Shown here: positions 55,881 to 64,000 of the stretch, piece by piece | Numbering within the stretch: position 1 is the stretch's first letter | Layout of the letters: every line of letters begins with the position of its first letter | Assembly (NCBI GenBank): GCA_964585655.1 | Contig: CAZPER010000006.1 | Location: forward strand, 6,594-70,593 | Origin: an uncultured Gemmatimonadaceae bacterium | GTDB lineage: Bacteria > Gemmatimonadota > Gemmatimonadetes > Gemmatimonadales > GWC2-71-9 | Direction: 5' to 3' | DNA length: 64,000 nucleotides | Translations under genes and position numbers: made by a program | The notes under the pieces: model-generated | Databases searched by the model: none | What the model was told of the DNA's origin: nothing | What the model saw: the letters and a program-made list of their open reading frames with translations, nothing else

Positions 55881-57272
55881 TCACGACCCGGTGAGCACGA
55901 TCTTGATGTCGGTCGGATCAACATTGTTCGGCGGCGCGTAGAACGGAGAGAACGAATCCACGGCCAGGAAGTAGGTGCCCGCAGTGAAGGCGGCCGAGCA
56001 GGTCTCAGGCTGGCCGGCGGCACCGGCGCCCTTCGAGTCGCACAGGATCAGGGTCGGATCCAGGCTCTGGGCGTTGTCGTAGGTGTAGACTCCGATGTCC
56101 GTCGTGCCCTGCCAGGTAATGGTCATGCCGATGGTCTGGCCCGCCGGAACGACGATCTTGTACAACCGGCAGTCGCCGCCAAGGTCGTTATTGCATTCGG
56201 TGACCGGGAAGTAGCCGCCCGCGTCCAGGAAGACCACCGTCGCACCCACGCCGGGCACCGGAATCGTCGGCGCCGTGGCGAACGCGTCGGTGCCCGCCAG
56301 CCCACCCGGCACGGTGATGCCGACGGTTGCCGGCAGGTTGAGCGGCACCGCGGTGAGGAAGCTGAGCACGATGCCATTCACCGACACGGCGCCGGCGGTC
56401 CCCGGTACCGGCACGAAGCCGAGGCTCAGGCTGTCGGCGGCAACCGACACGACGGTCGCGGTGCGGCCGCCCACGGTCACCGCTGCCGTCGGCAGGAACT
56501 TGAAACCGGTGCTGGAGAGCGTCACCGTGTCGTTCAGCGCCGGCGTGGACGAAGAATAGGTCGCGACGAAGCTGGTCACCGCGGGGGTGCTCAAGGCCAC
56601 CCCGCCGCTGGTGGCGCTGTATCCACCCAGGCTCGGGGCGTAGGCCACGACCAGGTTGGAAACCGAGACGGTGTTGTTGGCGCTCGGCCCCACCAGGAAC
56701 GAGATCGTGGAGCTGTCAGCCGAGATCCCCAGGGTCACCACGCTGGCGCCGCTGATCGAAACCACGCTCGCCGGGGTGAACTTGAAGTTGGCCGGCGCGG
56801 TGGCGATCGAGGTGTCACCCAGGTTCGGCGCGGCCGAGTTGAGGGTGACTGGCGTGGTCGTGTCGGGGATCGCCCGCACCGCAACCGTGAGGCTCTTGCC
56901 ACCGGCACTCACCACGAATGCACTGTTGGTCGAATTCGCGTTCATGGTGACGTTGTACAGCGCACGGGGCCAGTTCTTCGGCTTGACCTGGTTCCCGTTC
57001 TTGTCGAAGACGAGGTTGAAGGAATCGTCCTCCGCCACCGCGATCCCGGCGCCGACGGTGCCGAGGTTGAAGCTGGCCCCGAGGCGATTCCCCTGCTCGT
57101 CCACCGCTTCGATCAGGATGCTGGAGGTCTCGCCCGGGGCCAGGAAGAGGGCGCTAGGGGTGGCAACCAGGTGATCCACGCCGTTCCGGAGCGAATCGGT
57201 CGGATCGCCCTTGCAGGAGAGCGCAGTCAGCGCGACAGCGAGCACGGCCGTACCACGTGTCACACGGTTCAT
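55881..57272 (-). CDS. Surface lipoprotein with several Ig-like/beta-sandwich domains
   Basis: Lipobox ALSC; T/S/V/G-rich; internal duplication APNLGDTSIAT..FKFTPASVVSISG / TPALNDTVTLS..FKFLPTAAVTVGG; GAGGT RBS. Confidence 0.82.
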   Translation of the reverse strand: MNRVTRGTAVLAVALTALSCKGDPTDSLRNGVDHLVATPSALFLAPGETSSILIEAVDEQGNRLGASFNLGTVGAGIAVAEDDSFNLVFDKNGNQVKPKNWPRALYNVTMNANSTNSAFVVSAGGKSLTVAVRAIPDTTTPVTLNSAAPNLGDTSIATAPANFKFTPASVVSISGASVVTLGISADSSTISFLVGPSANNTVSVSNLVVAYAPSLGGYSATSGGVALSTPAVTSFVATYSSSTPALNDTVTLSSTGFKFLPTAAVTVGGRTATVVSVAADSLSLGFVPVPGTAGAVSVNGIVLSFLTAVPLNLPATVGITVPGGLAGTDAFATAPTIPVPGVGATVVFLDAGGYFPVTECNNDLGGDCRLYKIVVPAGQTIGMTITWQGTTDIGVYTYDNAQSLDPTLILCDSKGAGAAGQPETCSAAFTAGTYFLAVDSFSPFYAPPNNVDPTDIKIVLTGS

Positions 57273-57354
57273 GACGGTGTACCTCATTCAGAAGTCGGAA
57301 ACTTGTACTCCGCTCGCCCTGGAACGGGGTGTGCTTTCAACGTGCATCCATCGG

Positions 57355-58812
57355 TCAGGAATCCGGCGACCCGCCGCGGCCGGATTCATCGCGGAACAGG
57401 TCAATACCGAGCCACCGGCTGATATCCTGCAGCGCTTCCCGGCCGAGGATCTCGCGGTAGCCCGGACGCTGGGTTTCCTTGAGATCGTTGGTGGCCATCA
57501 GCTTATAGCCGCCGAAGCCGGTCCGGTCCGCGAAGATGTAGTACAGCTCCTTGCCGCGCTGGTACCGCCACACTTCGTACGGCGGGGCGCTCCCGGTGGA
57601 GCTGCGCCGGTCCAGGCGGTCCAGCGGTTCACCGTACTTCACGAACACCCGGCCCCGATCGGTCTTCCAGCCTGGGATCTTGCTGCCTCCGCCTTCCTGG
57701 TACTGCCGGTTCGCGGTGGCGATCAGGTTGTAGAACTGCACCCGGCTTTCATTGCGCGGCGTGCCCGGCGAGGGATCGCGGGCCTGCCAGAAGCGCGTCA
57801 GGAACTGCCGCTTGGCGCTCAGGGACAGGTCCCGACTGAAGGCCCGGAGCGAGTCGGCGGTCGTGAGGTACACCAGCGGCTCGGCGGCATCCTCGAGCTG
57901 CTCGGCATTCATGGTCCCGAAGTAGCCCTCGTCCGTCTCCTTCTCGGCGGCCAGGCGGGCTTCTTCCCGCTGCATCGTCTCCTGAAAGTCCGCCATCACC
58001 AGCTCATCCGTGCGCTCTTCCCGCTGGCCGGCCACTTCGATCACCACGGAGAAGCGATAGCGGCCGGCTGGCAGCCCGGCGAGGTCCAGCTGACCCTTGA
58101 GAACCGATCCGCCCGCGGCGATCCGCACCCGGGTGGGGCGGCTGCTCACCAGGCTGTTCCCCGCCGTATCCAGCACGCGCACCACCATCGAACCCGAGTC
58201 GGGGGTGGCTGCGTACGCTTCAACCAGGTAGTACGCCTTCGAGCGAACCGGCGTCAGCCGGAGTCGGGTGGCCGGCGTGACCATCGTGTTCCCGCGCCGA
58301 ATCTCCCCCAGGCGGGGCAGGCTGTCCTCGCCGGTCGCCAGCCGCATGCTCGGTGAAAGCATGAGGTCCGATACCCGCGGCGCCTCGCTCCACGCCTCCA
58401 CCTCGGTACTGCTCCGGAAACTGCGGCCGGACACGGAATCCGTGACGGTCACCCCTACCCGGTAGCGCCCCGGTAGCACGCCGAAATCGAGGATCTCGAG
58501 CTTCGACGCCCCTTTGGACCGCAAGTCGGCCCTGGCCCGGCCAGACCAGGAAGCCTGATTGATCTGCAGACCGGCCTGATCCGTCAGTTCGACCACGACG
58601 CCGTAGCGGAGCTGTGCTTCCGGCCCGGTGGTTGACGCCTCGAGGAGCTCATACGGAACATCCACGAAGGCCTGTACCAGCGTCTGCCTGTTTTCCGCCC
58701 GGTAGAACCGGTAGGCCCGCACATCCACCGCCGGGGCGGTTTGGGCCCCCACGCCTGCGGAGCCCGCGGCCACGAGGGCGAGGAGCCCCATGGCGATATT
58801 GCAACGTCGCAT
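57355..58812 (-). CDS. GWxTD domain-containing protein
   Basis: Signal peptide; FWQARDPSPGTPRNE..ANRQY..GWKTDRGRVFVKYGEP..YEVWRY. Confidence 0.92.
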   Translation of the reverse strand: MRRCNIAMGLLALVAAGSAGVGAQTAPAVDVRAYRFYRAENRQTLVQAFVDVPYELLEASTTGPEAQLRYGVVVELTDQAGLQINQASWSGRARADLRSKGASKLEILDFGVLPGRYRVGVTVTDSVSGRSFRSSTEVEAWSEAPRVSDLMLSPSMRLATGEDSLPRLGEIRRGNTMVTPATRLRLTPVRSKAYYLVEAYAATPDSGSMVVRVLDTAGNSLVSSRPTRVRIAAGGSVLKGQLDLAGLPAGRYRFSVVIEVAGQREERTDELVMADFQETMQREEARLAAEKETDEGYFGTMNAEQLEDAAEPLVYLTTADSLRAFSRDLSLSAKRQFLTRFWQARDPSPGTPRNESRVQFYNLIATANRQYQEGGGSKIPGWKTDRGRVFVKYGEPLDRLDRRSSTGSAPPYEVWRYQRGKELYYIFADRTGFGGYKLMATNDLKETQRPGYREILGREALQDISRWLGIDLFRDESGRGGSPDS

Positions 58813-58887
58813 TCTGATCCTTGTTTCGTGGGGTGGGCCATGTGACCCACCCCGGAGACGGAGCCGAGGCTCCGTCCCACACGGCTC

Positions 58888-60009
58888 TTACCAGCCGAGC
58901 CCGAAGCTGACGAAGTGCGTCGGGCCGAGAATACCCATGTACTTGAACGAGTAGTCCACCGACAGGTTGAAGTTCCCGGTGCCGTACATGAGCCCGCCGC
59001 CTGCGGCGAGCCCCTGCAGGTTCTCCTCGTCATCAAGGCTGGTCGAGAGGTTCGACGGGCTCAGGTTGTTGGCGGACGCGTGGGTGTAGCTGCCGCGCAC
59101 CGCCGCCGAGAAGCCCGACCCCCCGAGGTTGCGGCTCATCCACTCCGCGCCGGCGGAGAACCCGGCCCGGTTGTTGTTCGGCTGGTTGAAGTCGCTCAGG
59201 AAGGTGAGCCGGTTGTTGCTGCCGGTGATCAGGTCATAGGCCAGCCCGACACGGAAGGTGGTCGGGAGCGGGAACCCCTTCGTCCGGAAGCGCGACGGCT
59301 GGGGCAGGGTCGGCACCTCGTCTTCGCCCGGGAGCGGATTGCGCGGGGTGTCGCTGTTCAGGGCGTTGCCATTGTACGAGATGTTGGTACCGAGGTTGGC
59401 GAGCACGAACGAGAACTTCACCGGATGCCCGTTCAGCGCCGCGTGGAAGTTGGTGCCGAAATCCACGGCGAACGCCTTGCCGCTGGCGTCGCCCAGGTTG
59501 TCGCTGATGAACTTGGCGGTGAGGCCCGCCGAGAAGCGATCCGAGAAGTTCTGGGCGTAGGTGGCCCCGATGAACGTCTGGCTCACGTCGTAGGTGGAGC
59601 CATCCCCCTCAGGATCCTCGACCGTGTACACCGGCTGGTCCTTGAACCCGAAGGTGCCGAGCTGGAAGCCGACCGTCTTGGAGCCGCCGTCGAAGGGAAA
59701 GGCGACGCCACCCCAGGTATAGCGGGTGTCGGCGATGTAATCATAGGTCCCGATCACCATCCCCGGACGGGTCATCAGCGCGGCGCCGGCGGGGTTGTAG
59801 TACAGCGCGCTGGCGTCGTTGGCGATGGCGGCGTAGGCGCCGCCGAGCGCGGTGCCGCGGGCCCCCGCCCCGAGGAGCAGGAATTCTGCGGCGGTGGTGC
59901 CGTAGGCGGTGTTGTCCTGCTGGGTTCCGGCCTGGGCCACGAGCCCGGATCCGGTCCCGCCCAGCAGGGCCACCAGCAGCACCAGCCGCGAGGAAAGAGT
60001 GTGCTTCAT
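58888..60009 (-). CDS. PorV/PorQ-family outer-membrane barrel
   Basis: GTTAAEFLLLGAGARGTALGGAYAAIANDASALYYNPAG..FSAGLTAKFI..AVDFG..LPTTFRVGLAY..THFVSFGLGW. Confidence 0.88.
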   Translation of the reverse strand: MKHTLSSRLVLLVALLGGTGSGLVAQAGTQQDNTAYGTTAAEFLLLGAGARGTALGGAYAAIANDASALYYNPAGAALMTRPGMVIGTYDYIADTRYTWGGVAFPFDGGSKTVGFQLGTFGFKDQPVYTVEDPEGDGSTYDVSQTFIGATYAQNFSDRFSAGLTAKFISDNLGDASGKAFAVDFGTNFHAALNGHPVKFSFVLANLGTNISYNGNALNSDTPRNPLPGEDEVPTLPQPSRFRTKGFPLPTTFRVGLAYDLITGSNNRLTFLSDFNQPNNNRAGFSAGAEWMSRNLGGSGFSAAVRGSYTHASANNLSPSNLSTSLDDEENLQGLAAGGGLMYGTGNFNLSVDYSFKYMGILGPTHFVSFGLGW

Positions 60010-60064
60010 CTGTTCCATTCTCCTGGCTGTGGGGCGGACCCGGACGGGCCCGCCCCCTGGGGAA

Positions 60065-63000
60065 CTACTGGGCAAAGTTGACGATGGTCATCCGGCCGGT
60101 GCGCTTGGCCGAACTCCCGCCGTCGTTGGACTCGATGTGATAGAAGTACACGCCACTCGCCACCACCTGGTTGTTCCGGTTGCGGACATTCCAGCTCAGT
60201 TCGCCGCCGAAGGTGGTGCTGCTGTGCTCCAGCACGTTGACCAGCACCCCGCTGGAGGAGTAGATCCGCACGATGGCCGACCGCGGCAGGTTCACGAACT
60301 TGATCACCTTGTTGTCCGTGGACTGCTCGTAGCCGTTGGTCACGTAGTACGGGTCCGGCACCGTGTGCACCTGCTTGAGATCGGCGCTGCTGACGCCCCG
60401 GACCGTGTTGACCACGTCGAACGCCACCTGGACGCTGGCGCCGACGGCGGTAAACGGCCTCGTGGCGGGGGTGTAGCTGTAGGGCAGGCCGAGCGAACCG
60501 CCGCCGACACCCTGGCCGCCGTAGACCATCCCGGCGTAGGTGCGGAGCGTCCACACGGTCCCCGCCGCCGGCAGCGCCCCACCCGCCAGCTCGAACTGGG
60601 TGTAGGTGCCGGTGATGTAGAGCCCGAACCCGGCACCCGCGGCAACCGGCGCCGCGGCCGCATTGGCCCTGGTATTCACGAAGAACGCGACCGGACCAGG
60701 CACCGCGATCGTGTCGGGCGTGAACGGCTGGCCCGGCGCGTACGGCGTGGCACCGGTGACGGCGCACGGGAACCCGTCGGCGTTCGCCGTCTGGGGGCTC
60801 GCGTGAATCGAGCGGTACGGCTCGAAGCAGGGCAGGTCGGTCACGGTGAGGACCGCGGGCCGCCCGTCCGCCGACGTCGAAGCAAAGTTGGTCGCCGCGG
60901 GGTTGACGATGCCCCAGTTGGCCGCCAGCGGCCGCACCCCGACCACGGCACCCGCACCATCACGGATGAAGGCGTCGGGAACCGGCACGTTGTGGGTCAC
61001 GTCAATGACCGAGTCAATCCGGCCGTTGGTGCCCCAGTACACGTTCATGTCCGCGGCGCGCCAGAACGGCGCCATGGAGGACTCCATGTTGCGCCACCGC
61101 CGGATCAGCACGCCGTACGAGGCGGGCGACTGGGCCGTCGTGACCCCCGTCAGCGCCCCGGCGTTGTTGAAGCTGACCGCCGCGCACACCGGATTGTTGC
61201 CGCCGTTGTGCCGGCAGTTGCCGCTGATCGGGTCCGCGAAGCTCTCGGTCCCGAGACGGGCCGAGGGAAGCGGGCTCGAGGTCGGCGTGCTCGGCGAGTC
61301 GAACCACCGCGGACCGTTGTAGATGCAGTCGTTGGTGCCGCCGGTGATGGGCCCACCCTTGATGCGGCAGCCCAGCAACTGCGCCGCGCCGAGATAGAAG
61401 CTCGGGATGGTATCGGCCGCCGTGCCCTTCAGTTCGAAGGTGTTGTTGCCCCCGTACCGGCTGGCCAGGCTGTCGTCCACCGCGACGGCGCTGAAGAAGG
61501 CCTCGCCGCCCGGACGGCTGGAGCCGTCGTTGCCGTCCAGTTGGATCGGCACCTGCAGCTGGGTGACCAGCGAGCCGGACTGGGCGGTGAAGTAGTAGAT
61601 CGTCGGCGAACCGGGCTGGACGCCGCCGCAGCACCCGGACTCATCGCCTTCGCCGACCGGATCAATCGAGTCCAGAGTCACCTGGAAGGATCCGGGGGCG
61701 GCCAGCACCTGCTTGGCCAGCTCGCCCACGAAGGCCGCGACCAGACCGTCGGCGGGCCGTTGCGGGCCGCTGAAGACGCCCGTGGTGGGATTGATCGTGG
61801 GATTGGCGGAGATGATCGTGTCCATGGCCACACCGCGCCCCACCACGTGGGACACGATGTTGGCGCTGTTCACGTAGTTCGGCGCGGGCCGCACCGGGGT
61901 CACCGGCTTGGTATTGCGCGGCGACTCCAGGCTGCTGGGGCCCGATTCAATCGAGTTGACGTCGAACGCCGTCACCGAGTAGAAGTAGCGGAAGTTGTTC
62001 CGCGGCGTGCGATCGACGTAGGAGAAGGGCACGCCGGTGTTGTCGAGGACCGGGCAGACCGACTTCGGCCGGCACTCACCCCGGTTCCCGAGCCCGCTGA
62101 CCGCGGTGTCGGCCTTGACGTTGAACGCGGTTCCGTTGGCCAGCGGGATGCGGCCCTTGCCGGCCTGCACCTGGACCACGTTCCCGACCAGCTCGTAGTC
62201 CGTGTGCGCGGTGAGGGTGGTGCCGTCCTTCAGGTTGCCACCCACCGGGAAGGCGGCCGGGCAGGTGCTGCCGACGCCGATATTGTATTCCGGAGCGCAA
62301 TCCGTGGCGGCATTCACGATGCCGGTGAAGTCACTGATGAACGTGCCGGCGTAGTCGAACTGCGCCAGCAGGGTCAGTTCGTTGGGCGCGTCCACCCGAC
62401 CGCGATACACCCGGTAGCCTTCGACGTCGAACTGACGATAGTTCGGGTCATACAGCGGATTCGGCTCCAGCACGCTGGTCACGGGATTCGGGACCTGGGC
62501 GGCATTGGCCACGGAGAAGTACGGATCCCCTGAGCCTTCCGACGGACTCGGCTTCCAGAGCACCGTCACCTGGTTGTTGCCCGGGATCAGGAAGAACTCC
62601 GGGGCATCCGGGGCGAACGGGAGCAGGAACTTGGCGTCGAACACCGCCTGCGCGGTGAGCGCCTTGCCGAGCAGGGAGCCCGCGACCACCGTGAACTCGC
62701 CCTGCTGCACCACACCGTCCGCGTTCAGGTCGGTGTAGCTCAGGAACCCGGTGACCGAGTCCACCGAGTTGACTACCCCGTTGGCCAGGCCCACCGGATC
62801 AACCAGGAGCCGCCCATCGCCCGGCGGAAGATCGCAGCCCGGGCCGGGGCAGATGGCCGTCGTGACCGGCGCCGCAAAGATGTACGCCACCACGATGGAG
62901 CCGCGCCCGCCCGGGGCGAGGGTCAGCGGGGTGGAGGACTGGAAGAACCGCATGTCGCCCGGTGAGGTGTTCTTCACGTAGCAGATCCGGGTGACGGCCG

Positions 63001-64000
63001 GGTTGCCGGTGTTGCAGGCCTGGTCGCCGGCGGCGGTGCTCACCGACCCGGAGAGGTAGCGATACAGCTGCACCACGTCCCGGGCATCGCCGAAGGCCCC
63101 GCCGTTCTCGGTGTTGCCGAACAGCTGGATGGCGCCGGCCCCGGTGGGGCTCTTGAGGTACTTCACCCCGACGAAGCCCGCGCCGTTGAAGAAGGGCGCG
63201 GAGAAGATCGAGGGATCGAAGGTCCACCCGTCGGGCTGCGAGAAGGTGTGGTCGTAGGTGTTGCCCAGCGCGAACGGCAGGTTGACGCCGGAGAAGTTGG
63301 AACCAGCCTCCGCCACGTCCATGTCCGCGGAGAAGGCGGCGAACAGGTTGGTGATGGTGTAACCGCCGTCCGGCAGGTCCACCCCACGCGCCAGGTTGGC
63401 CGCGTGGAAGTCCAGCGCCTTGGCGTAGAGGATGTCCGCCAGCGCCGGACGGATGGCGTTGTAGTCGGCGCGGTTCTTGGAGGTGATGTTGTAGAACGAG
63501 TAGATGAAGTACAGGATGTCTTCGTTGCCGCTCGGATAGTTCCAGCCCATGCCGCGGGTTTCGACGGCGACGCCGAGGGGATGGCGCCGGCCGGCGGTCA
63601 GGTTCGGGTTGCCTTCCCACGACATGAACCAGACGTCGCCCTGCGAAGCCCGGATGCGGCAGCCGGGGGCGATGATGCTGTCGGTGCCGTTCTGCAGCAG
63701 CGGGAAGAAGAGCCCCGCGTCCGCGTCGGTTCCGCTGGGCACGCAGGCCGCCTCGGGCCAGATGTTTCCATCCGGGTCGGCGCCGGTGCGGTCCAGCTGG
63801 GCCGAGTTGAACAGCGGCTGCACCTGCTCGCCGTGTTCCGTCGTGCCCTTCGGGTCGAAGAAGAACCCGCCCACCGTGTCCCCGTCCCAGACCCCACCGG
63901 GGTTGCTGACGATGCCGGCCACCTGCAGGCCGGAGTTGAAGACATACTGGTCGGCCGTGCCCTTGGGCCAGAAACCGCCGCCGATGGTCGACGAGTTGGT
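60065..64000 (-). CDS. Large secreted protein with T9SS-like C-terminal sorting domain; 5' end lies beyond the right edge
   Basis: Frame stays open to 64000 (..TNSSTIGGGFWPKGTADQYVFNSGLQVAG..). Split FN3-like unit (QVTVLW..EGYRVYR..YFYSVTAFD). Ends VHTVPDPY..IKFVNLP..VRIYSSSGVLV..WNVRNRNNQVVASGVYFYHI..GRMTIVNFAQ. Confidence 0.85.
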   Translation of the reverse strand, partial: TNSSTIGGGFWPKGTADQYVFNSGLQVAGIVSNPGGVWDGDTVGGFFFDPKGTTEHGEQVQPLFNSAQLDRTGADPDGNIWPEAACVPSGTDADAGLFFPLLQNGTDSIIAPGCRIRASQGDVWFMSWEGNPNLTAGRRHPLGVAVETRGMGWNYPSGNEDILYFIYSFYNITSKNRADYNAIRPALADILYAKALDFHAANLARGVDLPDGGYTITNLFAAFSADMDVAEAGSNFSGVNLPFALGNTYDHTFSQPDGWTFDPSIFSAPFFNGAGFVGVKYLKSPTGAGAIQLFGNTENGGAFGDARDVVQLYRYLSGSVSTAAGDQACNTGNPAVTRICYVKNTSPGDMRFFQSSTPLTLAPGGRGSIVVAYIFAAPVTTAICPGPGCDLPPGDGRLLVDPVGLANGVVNSVDSVTGFLSYTDLNADGVVQQGEFTVVAGSLLGKALTAQAVFDAKFLLPFAPDAPEFFLIPGNNQVTVLWKPSPSEGSGDPYFSVANAAQVPNPVTSVLEPNPLYDPNYRQFDVEGYRVYRGRVDAPNELTLLAQFDYAGTFISDFTGIVNAATDCAPEYNIGVGSTCPAAFPVGGNLKDGTTLTAHTDYELVGNVVQVQAGKGRIPLANGTAFNVKADTAVSGLGNRGECRPKSVCPVLDNTGVPFSYVDRTPRNNFRYFYSVTAFDVNSIESGPSSLESPRNTKPVTPVRPAPNYVNSANIVSHVVGRGVAMDTIISANPTINPTTGVFSGPQRPADGLVAAFVGELAKQVLAAPGSFQVTLDSIDPVGEGDESGCCGGVQPGSPTIYYFTAQSGSLVTQLQVPIQLDGNDGSSRPGGEAFFSAVAVDDSLASRYGGNNTFELKGTAADTIPSFYLGAAQLLGCRIKGGPITGGTNDCIYNGPRWFDSPSTPTSSPLPSARLGTESFADPISGNCRHNGGNNPVCAAVSFNNAGALTGVTTAQSPASYGVLIRRWRNMESSMAPFWRAADMNVYWGTNGRIDSVIDVTHNVPVPDAFIRDGAGAVVGVRPLAANWGIVNPAATNFASTSADGRPAVLTVTDLPCFEPYRSIHASPQTANADGFPCAVTGATPYAPGQPFTPDTIAVPGPVAFFVNTRANAAAAPVAAGAGFGLYITGTYTQFELAGGALPAAGTVWTLRTYAGMVYGGQGVGGGSLGLPYSYTPATRPFTAVGASVQVAFDVVNTVRGVSSADLKQVHTVPDPYYVTNGYEQSTDNKVIKFVNLPRSAIVRIYSSSGVLVNVLEHSSTTFGGELSWNVRNRNNQVVASGVYFYHIESNDGGSSAKRTGRMTIVNFAQ

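Noticed and set aside
58857..58877. CGGAGCC/GGCTCCG hairpins (also near 4810 and 19711) as a repeat family
   Set aside because: Too short and GC-rich to separate from ordinary terminator or stability hairpins.
1..64000. tRNA, rRNA, IS elements, integrases, phage or defence genes
   Set aside because: None recognised by eye; a covariance-model scan could still find short RNAs.

Overview
Very GC-rich chromosomal window from a diderm bacterium. The gene content (Ser/Thr kinase-TPR, DUF5916 barrel, GWxTD protein, and SprA/PorV in a high-GC background) points to Gemmatimonadota; this is inference. About 50 CDS are supported. No rRNA, tRNA, CRISPR array, transposase or prophage gene was recognised. 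Housekeeping blocks are pilB-pilT-pilC with comEA, lptFG, nadBAC, a ctaA-ctaB fusion, an APC permease and an MsbA-like exporter. Most notable: (1) a type IX secretion-like export set outside Bacteroidota, with SprA (~2000 aa) on a back-to-back promoter with lptFG and a cluster of large CTD-bearing protein, PorV-family barrel, GWxTD protein and lipoprotein; (2) a glutaminyl-cyclase-like lipoprotein right after sprA, with Gln at +1 in most signal-peptide proteins of the window (Q-rule-like); (3) a Cyc2-like monoheme cytochrome-porin fusion beside a secreted rhodanese and an NhaR-TerC-SbtAB block; (4) a BlaI/BlaR1-HEAT/HEAT module with a shared C-terminal GPWPxPxPxPRPFP tail and a readable TGCTGA-N4-TCAGCA operator; (5) an orphan divergent Fae, two unannotated small ORFs, and a TAGGGCGG motif enriched at stop codons. 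All calls come from reading motifs by eye; no searches were run.
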